Positions 7,107 to 15,498 of a stretch of 37,446 bases of DNA are shown piece by piece. The DNA lies in IMG/VR virus record IMGVR_UViG_3300017702_000168, positions 1 through 37,446 of that record. The stretch is one strand, 5' to 3'. Positions within the stretch are counted from its first letter, which is position 1; each line of letters starts with the position of its first letter. The translations under genes were made by a program, and so were the position numbers. This DNA comes from a virus (Duplodnaviria > Caudoviricetes). The notes below the pieces were generated by a model, which ran no database searches, was not told the DNA's origin, and saw only the letters and a list, made by a program, of their open reading frames with translations.

Positions 7107-8942
7107 ATGAGTAGAACAAAGAACATTGAGAAAGAATTGAGCGTCATCAGCGACACCCTGAGCGCATCACAGCAAGACACCAGCCTGAGCATCCCCATCA
7201 TGGTCTCAGCCCTTATGAGAGCCGTCCTGTGGCTACTCGATGGACTGAAGATGGGCAAGACCCCTGAGGGCAAGGCTCTTGAGGAGCTGTGCTTCACACA
7301 CAAGTCTGTCAAGGATGCTCCCTTCTATGACCCTGGGAACCTTGCTTTCATCGTCTTCTACATCAACTCAGCCCTTCGTGGTGGTTGTGGTAGGGGTGTG
7401 TGGATCTCCAAAGTGAGAAGGATGTCCAGCGTCCTCCTGGATCTCATGAGTCACCATAAGATCACAGCATCCATTGACCCAGCAAAGCTCCTCCCTGGAG
7501 ACCGCTTTGAGCATGGACTGAGGCTCATCTCAGTGAAGAGAACTCACACCACTCATGATGTTGTTGTCATCACCACGAAGACAGGAGAGGTGATCAACCT
7601 CCCCAGGGGGACTGATGTCACAGCATTTAACCCAATCGAACTCCCAAGACTGGGGGATGAGGTGGAGGCTGCAATCCTCATGGAAGTCAAGCACATTCAA
7701 CAGTGCTGTGTCTCCATCTACCCTGAACTCATCAGGAACAGCCCCAGGGACATCCTCCTCACCCTCAACACTGACACAGTGCTTGACATCATGCCTGGAG
7801 AGATCCTCAGCTCAGGTCAGCATGTGGCTGATCAGTTCGACATTGACCCCCTTGCTGTGGTGGTCCACATCAATGATGCTGTTGCATATCCATTGACTCA
7901 GGTGGTGACATCTCAACAGCTCATCAACATTGGTGAGGACTGCACAGTCATCCCTCATCACCCCTCCATTCATCAGCTCATAAAGCTCACTGATGAACTG
8001 ATGGACAAGATGGATCACAACATCATCATAGGGTTCATTAAGGGCATTGACCTTAGGGTCACAGTCCTCCTGGATGTCCTGAACTCAAAAGCCTCCATCA
8101 GGGAGGACAGTCTCCAGGCTGTCATGCTTGATCTCCATGCTTGCCTTGCAGCTCGATTCACATTCTCATCATACCTCAGGACACACTGGACAAAGGAGGC
8201 TCCAGGAGACTTCATCTTCCCAGGAGGACTCACCTCCTCATTCATCGGGATGGACTTGATGGATGTCTACATGAGCGTTGTGTCATCAGCTCAGATCACC
8301 TGTGAGGCAATCAAAACAGTCAGGAAGGTCTCACCCCTCAAGCCTCCCATCAATGTCCCTCATGAGAAACAGGTCTTCCTGGACAAGTGGAAGAACACTT
8401 TCACTCGACTCAATCCAGTTGCCTCCATGGATCTGATTGCTGGTCAACACTTCCTCATCTTCTCAGACCTTGCTGTCCTCCTGTTCATGGAATCTGGGAT
8501 TGTCAAGCCCTCAGGTGGTCGGAAGACGACCATTGAGACCCTTGAGGGAGAGCCTTCATTGATGGATAATTGGGACATCTCAACCCACAATGGGATGGTT
8601 AAGATCACTAACCCCATCTGTGATGCTGTCATTGAACTCAAGATCCATACAAACTCCTTTACAGGGGTGAGGACTGTGTTCCTCCTCACTAACCCACTCA
8701 CAAGGAGCTGGTCCAGAATGGCAGATGTGAACGCTCATGGTGAGATTCTCCTCATCAATAGGCTTCCTCCTGGGATTGATAGGGATGATGCCAGCATCAT
8801 CAAGACTTGCCTGGAGGGACCACGATGGATGCTAGAAAACACTGAGGTCAAGATTGAGATCCAGGGACTTTGCATCAAGACCAATGACCCCCTCGTGAAG
8901 CCTCAGGACGTTATCTCAGGAGTGATCACATGGATGAATTGA
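7107..8942 (+). CDS. Hypothetical 611-aa multidomain protein (possible degenerate DUF6011-like C-terminus)
   Basis: Long ORF with AAGGAAG RBS and genome-typical codon usage. The C-terminal resemblance is from recall only. Confidence 0.8.
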   Translation: MSRTKNIEKELSVISDTLSASQQDTSLSIPIMVSALMRAVLWLLDGLKMGKTPEGKALEELCFTHKSVKDAPFYDPGNLAFIVFYINSALRGGCGRGVWISKVRRMSSVLLDLMSHHKITASIDPAKLLPGDRFEHGLRLISVKRTHTTHDVVVITTKTGEVINLPRGTDVTAFNPIELPRLGDEVEAAILMEVKHIQQCCVSIYPELIRNSPRDILLTLNTDTVLDIMPGEILSSGQHVADQFDIDPLAVVVHINDAVAYPLTQVVTSQQLINIGEDCTVIPHHPSIHQLIKLTDELMDKMDHNIIIGFIKGIDLRVTVLLDVLNSKASIREDSLQAVMLDLHACLAARFTFSSYLRTHWTKEAPGDFIFPGGLTSSFIGMDLMDVYMSVVSSAQITCEAIKTVRKVSPLKPPINVPHEKQVFLDKWKNTFTRLNPVASMDLIAGQHFLIFSDLAVLLFMESGIVKPSGGRKTTIETLEGEPSLMDNWDISTHNGMVKITNPICDAVIELKIHTNSFTGVRTVFLLTNPLTRSWSRMADVNAHGEILLINRLPPGIDRDDASIIKTCLEGPRWMLENTEVKIEIQGLCIKTNDPLVKPQDVISGVITWMN

Positions 8943-9154
8943 TTATCAATGGAGAGGTTTACATCTTCGTTATGGAGATTGACTTACAGAACTATTATGG
9001 AGGCGTCAGACTACTGAGAAAACCTGGAGAGTCTGGATACTATATGGACCTTGAGAACTGGAATGGTTACGACGTAATAAGCATATCTCAAGAGGCTGGA
9101 GATCAGTTGATTGAGGATTCAAAATCACCACTTTACACAATCGGAAAGGGATAA
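8930..9154 (+). CDS. Small acidic hypothetical protein
   Basis: 74 aa with AGGAG RBS; overlaps the upstream stop and ends 6 nt before the Sak4-like gene. Confidence 0.65.
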   Translation: MDELIINGEVYIFVMEIDLQNYYGGVRLLRKPGESGYYMDLENWNGYDVISISQEAGDQLIEDSKSPLYTIGKG

Positions 9155-9160
9155 AAGATC

Positions 9161-9877
9161 ATGGCTTTTAATTTCAAGATAACGACAACAAAAGAAGCGG
9201 CTCAACACCACGGGATCAAAGTCTGTGTGTATGGAGGAGCTGGAGCTGGAAAGACTCGACTTTGTGCAACATGCACCCCAGAAGACCACAACAAGACTCT
9301 CATCATCAGCGTTGAGAGCGGTCTCCTCTCCCTCAGGGGAGTTGAGGTTCCAGTGGTCCAGGTCTCATCCTTCAGTGAGATGGAAGAGATCTACCAGTAT
9401 CTCAAGGCTGGTGATCATGGGTTTGAGTGGGTGTGCCTGGACTCCATCAGTGAGATTGCTGAGCAGTGCCTCAAGCACTACAAGGAGGTCCATGGTGAGA
9501 GTGCTAATGGATGGGCTGTTTACGGCTCCCTGTTCACTGAGATGGACAGCCTCTTGAAGAAGTTCAGGGATCTCCCCATGAATGTCTACATGAGCGCCAA
9601 GATGGAGCGAGACAAGACAGATGATGGAGCGCTCCTCTACCTCCCTATGATGCCTGGAAACAAGCTGACTGCTCAGTTGCCCTTCCTGTTTGATGAGATG
9701 TTCTGTCTCCACTCATTCCCTGAGGAGACTGATGAGGGTGTGGTGGTCCATCGAAAGCTCCAGACCTTCAGGGATGCTCGATATGAGTGCAAGGACAGAT
9801 CAGGAGCGCTTGACCCCTGGGAGAATGCTTCACTCTCTCATATCGCAAACAAGATCAACTCAAGCATGGAGTCCTGA
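9161..9877 (+). CDS. Sak4-like AAA_24 ATPase (ssDNA-annealing recombinase)
   Basis: Walker A YGGAGAGKT, ESGLLSL, Walker B VCLDSISE, LLKKFRDLP and C-terminal CKDRSG; upstream of a DUF669-like SSB, a common pairing. Confidence 0.88.
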   Translation: MAFNFKITTTKEAAQHHGIKVCVYGGAGAGKTRLCATCTPEDHNKTLIISVESGLLSLRGVEVPVVQVSSFSEMEEIYQYLKAGDHGFEWVCLDSISEIAEQCLKHYKEVHGESANGWAVYGSLFTEMDSLLKKFRDLPMNVYMSAKMERDKTDDGALLYLPMMPGNKLTAQLPFLFDEMFCLHSFPEETDEGVVVHRKLQTFRDARYECKDRSGALDPWENASLSHIANKINSSMES

Positions 9878-10011
9878 TGGATGTGCTCAAAGACCCCTGC
9901 TTCCTCATCACAGTGATCCTTTGCACGCTGATGATCTGTGGAGCAATAACAACCCTGAACACCATCACAATCAGTCTGGTGCACAGGAAGGTAGACCCCC
10001 AGGAGGAGTGA
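9877..10011 (+). CDS. Small membrane protein (44 aa; not in the ORF track)
   Basis: MDVLKDPCFLITVILCTLMICGAITTLNTITISLVHRKVDPQEE*, with TGATG coupling at both ends and GGAG upstream. Confidence 0.65.
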   Translation: MDVLKDPCFLITVILCTLMICGAITTLNTITISLVHRKVDPQEE

Positions 10012-10193
10012 TGCACTGGATAGCTTTCATGATCTTTGCTCCCATCTTCGTCCCCTTCCTTGCTGCTGAGTATGCAGTGAGGAGGATCAAGATGAGATAC
10101 AGTAGGGACAACACCTGTCCTTTCTGTGAAGCCCCTCAAGGGGATGATACATGCTCAGCGTGCTCCACTGGAGCCGCTGGTCAAACGACTTAA
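10011..10193 (+). CDS. Small protein with N-terminal TM helix and CxxC-CxxC zinc ribbon (60 aa)
   Basis: MHWIAFMIFAPIFVPFLAAEYAVRR...CPFC...CSAC with AGGAGGAG RBS. This is the 3' part of track ORF 9690..10193. Confidence 0.7.
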   Translation: MHWIAFMIFAPIFVPFLAAEYAVRRIKMRYSRDNTCPFCEAPQGDDTCSACSTGAAGQTT

Positions 10194-10279
10194 AAAGAAG
10201 TTCCCTAACGGTCCCTTTGCACTGTGCGATAAGGACCACAACCAACAATTCCCCAATGATGGGGAAAGGATAGAAGACA

Positions 10280-10762
10280 ATGGCCAAACTTAAAAAACCA
10301 ATCAACTCCAATGATCAAGATGACTCCAACGATTACAGCCCGCTTCCTGCTGGATGGTATGATGTGGAGATCGAACAAGCAGAACTCAGACAGTCAAACA
10401 GTGGTGACTATGACGCTGTGAACGTCACGTTCCTTGTGGTTGGTCCCACTCATGCAGGGAGGCTCCTGTGGAACTGGTTCAACTACTCCAGTGACATCCC
10501 TGAGAATCAGCGAGACGACAAGATGAAAAAGGCTATCCAGATTGGACGCTCAGAACTCAACCGGATGTGTAGAGCAGTGGGTCTCAATGGAGAGCTTGAG
10601 GACACTGATGATCTGACTGGTAAGATCCTCAAGGTCAAGGTTGCAATTGATAAGAAGGATTCTGAGAAGAACGCGGTCAAGGGCTACAAGCCTTCTGATG
10701 GTGCAGCCACTCAGGGACCATCCTCACGCAAGACAGATACAGGGAAACCTCCCTGGATGTGA
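10280..10762 (+). CDS. DUF669-like phage single-stranded DNA-binding protein
   Basis: YSPLPAGWYDVEIEQAE, GPTHAGRLLW, ELNRMCRAVGL, DTDDLTGK..KVKV, N.VKGYK and terminal KPPW. Confidence 0.85.
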   Translation: MAKLKKPINSNDQDDSNDYSPLPAGWYDVEIEQAELRQSNSGDYDAVNVTFLVVGPTHAGRLLWNWFNYSSDIPENQRDDKMKKAIQIGRSELNRMCRAVGLNGELEDTDDLTGKILKVKVAIDKKDSEKNAVKGYKPSDGAATQGPSSRKTDTGKPPWM

Positions 10763-10799
10763 ATCACCCAGGATGAACCCTAGCAGCAACCTTTAACAT

Positions 10800-10844
10800 A
10801 GCGCGCTGGAGATGAGCCTTGAGCCGCTCCAGTGCGCTTTTTTT
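10800..10844 (+). terminator. Rho-independent terminator-like hairpin after the SSB gene
   Basis: agcgcgctggag / ctccagtgcgct stem followed by a T-run. Confidence 0.7.
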
Positions 10845-10857
10845 GTGAGATAGAACA

Positions 10858-12069
10858 ATGGGAAAACTTAACTTAGATACAACAGTGAGAAGGATCTTCA
10901 AATCCTATGAGGTCAACCGCGAAGACTGGAGGAGACCTCATCTGGGTGCATCCATCGTGGGCAAGGAGTGTGAGCGCTCTGTCTGGTATGCCTTCAGGTG
11001 GGCACAAGATCCAGGCTTCCCAGGGAGAATCCTGAGGCTGTTCAACACTGGGGAGCGTGAGGAGGAGAGACTCACCTCAGACCTGATCAATGCTGGTGTG
11101 ATTGTGCATGAGGCTGATCAGTCCACAGGGCAACAGTTCAAAGTGATTGGTCTTGATGGACACCTTGGAGGCTCCATGGATGGAGCGGGCAAGGGGTTTG
11201 TTGAGGCTCCTGACTCATGGCATGTCCTGGAGTACAAGACATCAAGCGACTATGCCTTTAAGAAGCTGGAGAAAGAGGGATGCTTCTCAGCCAAGCCTGA
11301 GCACTACTATCAGATGATGATCTACATGGGTGGAGCTGGTCTGAAGCGCGCTGCATACCTTGTGCGAAATAAGAACACTGATGATCTCTACCTTGAGTTC
11401 ATCAAGTTCAATGCTGGTGAATACAGCAAGATCATGAACAGGGCAAAGCGCATCATCCAGGCTGAGAACCCTCCTGAAAGGGCTGGAGAGTTCATCTCAA
11501 AAATACCCTGCAAGTGGTGCAACTACAATGAGATGTGTCTTGGGTATAAGAAGAAAGCTCCAGTGATGAGGCTTCCTGAGTTCAACTGTAGGACTTGCGC
11601 TCACAGTGAGCCTATCCTGTTTGACCCAGACCAAAAGCCCACAGTCTCCATGAGGAAGGATGAGGACCATGAAGGGGTGTGGGCTTGCCATGCCAAGGGA
11701 GGCAACCTTGATGAGGATCAGCAACGCTCAGGGTGTGAGCTTCACCTGTTCCATCCTCACCTCCTGGAGCCACTCACAACCCTTGATGGGGAGTGGGCTG
11801 ATCATCATGTTAATGGGGTACAGATGAGTGTTTCATACAAGCACAAGTCAGAATCAACATTCAACCTGATCAACCACATTGACACTGACAGGGGGAGGGC
11901 AAGGCTCAAGACGATAGGCTCCAGGGTGGAGCTTGAGGGAGGCTTGTCTGAGGATGAGGCAAACACAATCATGGGTGATTGGATTGTTGGCTCAAGCAAG
12001 GAGCTTGCAGGCAAGATCATTGACCTCAGTGGGGATTATCCCACCATCAAGATCAAGGATGATCAATGA
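10858..12069 (+). CDS. Cas4-like PD-(D/E)XK exonuclease with Cys clusters
   Basis: RPHLGASIVGKECERSVWY.FRW, GSMDG, LEYKT, HYYQM.IYM, CKWCNYNEMC and NCRTCAHS. Confidence 0.88.
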   Translation: MGKLNLDTTVRRIFKSYEVNREDWRRPHLGASIVGKECERSVWYAFRWAQDPGFPGRILRLFNTGEREEERLTSDLINAGVIVHEADQSTGQQFKVIGLDGHLGGSMDGAGKGFVEAPDSWHVLEYKTSSDYAFKKLEKEGCFSAKPEHYYQMMIYMGGAGLKRAAYLVRNKNTDDLYLEFIKFNAGEYSKIMNRAKRIIQAENPPERAGEFISKIPCKWCNYNEMCLGYKKKAPVMRLPEFNCRTCAHSEPILFDPDQKPTVSMRKDEDHEGVWACHAKGGNLDEDQQRSGCELHLFHPHLLEPLTTLDGEWADHHVNGVQMSVSYKHKSESTFNLINHIDTDRGRARLKTIGSRVELEGGLSEDEANTIMGDWIVGSSKELAGKIIDLSGDYPTIKIKDDQ

Positions 12070-12245
12070 GTGAAGGGCTTACAATAACCAGAAAGGAGGG
12101 TGAGGAGATCATCCTCATTCTGGACAATGGTGAGGAGGTCTCCATCATCATTGTGGAGGCAACGCGAAGAAGCGCAAGGGTGAGGATCAAAGCTCCCCAG
12201 GACATTGACATCATTAGACCTGACTACCAAGGAGGTACAAAGTGA
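12066..12245 (+). CDS. csrA: CsrA/RsmA-family RNA-binding translational regulator (59 aa; not in the ORF track)
   Basis: MSEGLTITRKEGEEIILILDNGEEVSIIIVEATRRSARVRIKAPQDIDIIRPD matches L.LTRK.GE.I.I...I.V.V......VRIGI.AP..V.I.R; ATGA and GTGA overlaps with its neighbours. Confidence 0.85.
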   Translation: MSEGLTITRKEGEEIILILDNGEEVSIIIVEATRRSARVRIKAPQDIDIIRPDYQGGTK

Positions 12246-13729
12246 ACATCAGACCACAAGAGCAATACTGGGAAGGGACTCCATTCCCCCCTAGAGACTG
12301 GCAAGAGAAAGCACTTCACCCAGTGATCCAGGCTATCCAACCTGGAAACAGACCCATTGTGAGGGCTGTCACTGGAGCTGGGAAAAGCTATTTCCTGAGC
12401 GAGGTCTCCAGGTGTTTCATCCCCTCCAGAAAGGAGAGGGTGATCATCACCACACCCACAGTCAAACTTGTGGAGCAACTCCACAAGACCCTCACAAAAC
12501 ATCTGGGGAGAGGGAAGGTGGGGAAGTTCTACACCAAATCAAAAGACACAAGACAGCCCTACATTGTGTGCTGCATCCCCAGTGCTGTGAGCCTCGCTGA
12601 GGAGCTGGACAAGGCTGGTGTGAGTGTTGCTCTGTGGATTGCTGATGAGGCTCACAGGACTGAGACTGGGACCATGCTGGACGCTGAGGAGGCTATGAGT
12701 CCTGAGCGTGCTGTGGGGTTCACAGCAACCCCATTCAGGAGTGATCCTGGGGAAGCCCTCTCCCTGTGGGATGAGGTGGTCTGGAACTATGGACCTGCTG
12801 AGGCAATCAGGGATGGTGTGGTTGTTCCCTGGGAGCTGAGGTTCTGGACTGGAGATGAGAGTCTTGAGGTTGATGAGGTCTGTGCTCAGATGATTGCTGG
12901 GGCTGTCCAGCGCGCTGAAGGTCCAGGAGTGGTGAACGCTATCACCATCCATGATGCTGAGGAGTTCTCAGCTCTCCTGGGAGAGTATGGGGTGAGGGCT
13001 GAACCCATCCACAGCAAGCTCCATGAGAGGGAACAGGAGCGCCTCATCAAGATGCTGGAGGGAGGCAAGATTGATTGTCTTGTCCATGTGTCCCTCCTCC
13101 AGGAGGGGGTTGATTTCCCTTGGCTCATGTGGCTGTGTCTCAGGCGTCCAGTCAAGTCAAGGGTGAGGTTCATTCAGGAAGTGGGGAGAGTCCTCAGATC
13201 ATACAAGGACAAGCTCAAGGCAATCATCTATGATCCACATGATCTCTTTGCATCGTTCAAGCTGGACTACAATGCAATCCTGTCAGGTGATGTGGATGAA
13301 GATGAGATCCCTGTTGAGGCAACGATGAGGGAGGTGAGCGTCTACCTGGATGAGCTGTTCACAGCACCACTCCAGCGCGTTGAAGCAAGGCCCAGATTCA
13401 TGAACTCAGTGAGTGCATATCTGAGACAGCTTGCTGTTGCCTTTGATGCTGCTGGTAGAGTTGAGAGGAGCACGTCAACTCACTGGAGGAAAGACAAGGC
13501 AACTGACAGGCAAGTTAAAGCAGTGTGGCGCATGAAGTTTGTTTTAAGGGACTCCCATTCCCAGGACATCCCTGAGGGTCACAGGATGTCTCTTGCTGTG
13601 GCTGTGGAGAGGAGGGAGGAGTTGACAAAGGGTGAGGCTGGTGATCTCCTCAGCGTCCTCAAGTCACTCAAGGATGATCCATCGTGGCCAGACCTTTGCA
13701 GCATCATGGTGAGCACTCAGGTTGCTTAA
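12242..13729 (+). CDS. Superfamily 2 DEAH-box helicase
   Basis: PRDWQ, AVTGAGKS, IADEAH, GFTATP, LQEGVDFP and FIQEVGRVLR. Confidence 0.92.
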   Translation: MNIRPQEQYWEGTPFPPRDWQEKALHPVIQAIQPGNRPIVRAVTGAGKSYFLSEVSRCFIPSRKERVIITTPTVKLVEQLHKTLTKHLGRGKVGKFYTKSKDTRQPYIVCCIPSAVSLAEELDKAGVSVALWIADEAHRTETGTMLDAEEAMSPERAVGFTATPFRSDPGEALSLWDEVVWNYGPAEAIRDGVVVPWELRFWTGDESLEVDEVCAQMIAGAVQRAEGPGVVNAITIHDAEEFSALLGEYGVRAEPIHSKLHEREQERLIKMLEGGKIDCLVHVSLLQEGVDFPWLMWLCLRRPVKSRVRFIQEVGRVLRSYKDKLKAIIYDPHDLFASFKLDYNAILSGDVDEDEIPVEATMREVSVYLDELFTAPLQRVEARPRFMNSVSAYLRQLAVAFDAAGRVERSTSTHWRKDKATDRQVKAVWRMKFVLRDSHSQDIPEGHRMSLAVAVERREELTKGEAGDLLSVLKSLKDDPSWPDLCSIMVSTQVA

Positions 13730-13736
13730 AATAGAA

Positions 13737-13776
13737 CACCCCCTTACCTCAAGATTTCTCAAGAGATAAGGGGGTG
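13737..13776. terminator. Hairpin between the convergent early and late arms
   Basis: caccccctta / taagggggtg inverted repeat between the helicase stop and the last lysis gene stop. Confidence 0.55.
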
Positions 13777-13803
13777 CTTCCCAGTGGAGAGGGAAGAGAC
13801 ACT

Positions 13804-14316
13804 CTAACCTGAACCAGACCCTAAGAGCAACCGTAACACGATAACGCCAATGACCACCGCTCCAGCTCCCACTCCAGCGTAAACCCATCTTTGTTTTTCC
13901 AAAGACTTTACAGTGTCTTGAGACCTCTTCAGGTCTTGAGACTTTTTTTTACCTTCAGCCTTGTAGACCTTTGCAGCGTCCCTCCATTCATCGCGCTCAT
14001 TTCGATAGCGATCAACCCACCCTCCCATGGTGTCAACCTTGCCCTCACATCTGTACTGATCAGCGCGTGAGTTCTTTGACTGCTTGAGGAGGTCATCCCA
14101 CAGGACAGCTTGAGCCTTGCACTTTGCAGCGGTCTCACGCTTGACACAGGTCTTTGCCTCCCCACAGGAGTTGTCAACTTTCTGGGGTCTTGGGGTTGAC
14201 TGTGCTTGTGAAGTGGTTGTCCAGCCACTCGCCAAGATCATCACCATCATGCTCATCAATAGCAATCTCAGTGTTGACCCTTGCCTTAGTTTCGATCTCA
14301 GTGATGTTATCACCAT
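13804..14316 (-). CDS. Exported coiled-coil protein with C-terminal TM helix (atypical spanin candidate)
   Basis: AAGGAG RBS before ATG at 14316; signal peptide ...LRLLLMSMMVMILASGWTTTSQA; four Cys; helical charged core; C-terminal WVYAGVGAGAVVIGVIVLRLLL. Last gene of the lysis cluster. Confidence 0.6.
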   Translation of the reverse strand: MVITSLRSKLRQGSTLRLLLMSMMVMILASGWTTTSQAQSTPRPQKVDNSCGEAKTCVKRETAAKCKAQAVLWDDLLKQSKNSRADQYRCEGKVDTMGGWVDRYRNERDEWRDAAKVYKAEGKKKSQDLKRSQDTVKSLEKQRWVYAGVGAGAVVIGVIVLRLLLGSGSG

Positions 14317-14599
14317 CGTCAGCTCCTTTGTGTGGGGTGTGTGTAGTGTTCTTTGGTTCTGGGTGCTCAGGCTCACTGTGAGGCTCCTGAGCGTCCTCCT
14401 TCCTTGCATCCCTCATCTTGAGTCCAATGAACCCAAGCAACAGCCCTACCAGCCCCAGGATTGCAGGGACAAAGGCTGATCCCTCCAGCTTCTTCCTGAG
14501 GTCTGGACGAACCATGAGGACCACAGCACCCAGGACAAGTCCCAGGGCTGAAGCAATAACAATTATATATACCTTCTCAATTGACAGCAGGCTCACCAT
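14174..14599 (-). CDS. Membrane protein (two TM helices, acidic tail), lysis cluster
   Basis: AAGGAGGG RBS before ATG at 14599; TMs VYIIVIASALGLVLGAVVLMV and AFVPAILGLVGLLLGFIGL. Confidence 0.7.
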   Translation of the reverse strand: MVSLLSIEKVYIIVIASALGLVLGAVVLMVRPDLRKKLEGSAFVPAILGLVGLLLGFIGLKMRDARKEDAQEPHSEPEHPEPKNTTHTPHKGADDGDNITEIETKARVNTEIAIDEHDGDDLGEWLDNHFTSTVNPKTPES

Positions 14600-15086
14600 C
14601 TCCCTCCTTCTTTTCCTTGGGTTGAGGCTCATCATCTATCACATCAGATATAGATGCAAGTGAGTCAATGCTGACAACTATCTCATCAAGCTCCCCCAGG
14701 AGGGATTCAAAGTGAGAGGTTGCAGCTTCATCTTGACCAGTCTCCCTGAGTAAGGTGTAGGTGGAGAGCTTGAGTTTGAGGCTTATGATCTGGGTCTTGA
14801 ACCCCTCAAGGGAGATGAGGATCTTGCTTTGTCTGAGGGATCTCTTTTGCTCCAGATCTTCAAGCTGTTCAATCCTTTGTTTCTGTCCCTTCACATCCTC
14901 AACAAGATCCTTCAGGTTGCCTTGCACAAGGGCTGAGTAAATCTCATCCATGCTCTTCTTATCCGCTGAGGAGACCTCATCCTTTTTGTTTCTCCTGATA
15001 ACCCACTGAGCGCTCAAGCCTATAAGGATAGTTCCGATTGATCCTATGATCGCGGCTCCCCCTGGACCAACTATAGGATCACTCAT
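14577..15086 (-). CDS. N-terminal TM + coiled-coil protein, lysis cluster
   Basis: GAAIIGSIGTILIGLSAQWVI followed by RRNKK and a heptad-rich region; likely start MSDPIV at 15086. Confidence 0.7.
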   Translation of the reverse strand: MSDPIVGPGGAAIIGSIGTILIGLSAQWVIRRNKKDEVSSADKKSMDEIYSALVQGNLKDLVEDVKGQKQRIEQLEDLEQKRSLRQSKILISLEGFKTQIISLKLKLSTYTLLRETGQDEAATSHFESLLGELDEIVVSIDSLASISDVIDDEPQPKEKKEGDGEPAVN

Positions 15087-15498
15087 TGTGTGCCTCATTG
15101 GGTATCTTTATTGCATCAGCATAGTATCTAAACGCTGATATTAAAGTTGATGTAAACATCAAAGTGTAAATGTAGATTCCTGTGTTTAATAGCTTGAGAC
15201 TGAACTCATCTTGTTGAAGCACAGAAACCAGAAAGAATGCAGCAATACCACACCACCCTGAGGATGTGACAATCCCAGACCAGAAGACCCTCCATCCTGG
15301 GATAGCCCTCTTGCTGAGGAGGACACCAGCCAGTCCCACAAGCGCGAAGAATGAACCCCAGACAACGTTCCCCCCAGTCTCAATCATGAGCTTGTATGAG
15401 GTGATCTTTGGGTTGTTCATTGGTTGGAACACCAGCACCCACAATCCCCACCCCATCAGGAGCCTTGCTGTGAGCCTTATGAGGAGAGCATGTCTCAT
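15079..15498 (-). CDS. Four-TM membrane protein (holin candidate)
   Basis: Four hydrophobic segments in 139 aa; GAGGAG RBS; TGATG coupling to the upstream gene. Confidence 0.7.
   Translation of the reverse strand: MRHALLIRLTARLLMGWGLWVLVFQPMNNPKITSYKLMIETGGNVVWGSFFALVGLAGVLLSKRAIPGWRVFWSGIVTSSGWCGIAAFFLVSVLQQDEFSLKLLNTGIYIYTLMFTSTLISAFRYYADAIKIPNEAHNE

Noticed and set aside
9690-10010. 167-aa version of ORF 9690..10193
   Set aside because: The 5' part overlaps the Sak4-like gene and a better coupled 44-aa ORF. The strong RBS supports a start at 10011.
10858-12069. CRISPR-associated cas4
   Set aside because: There is no cas1/cas2 or array; the context is a phage recombination module.
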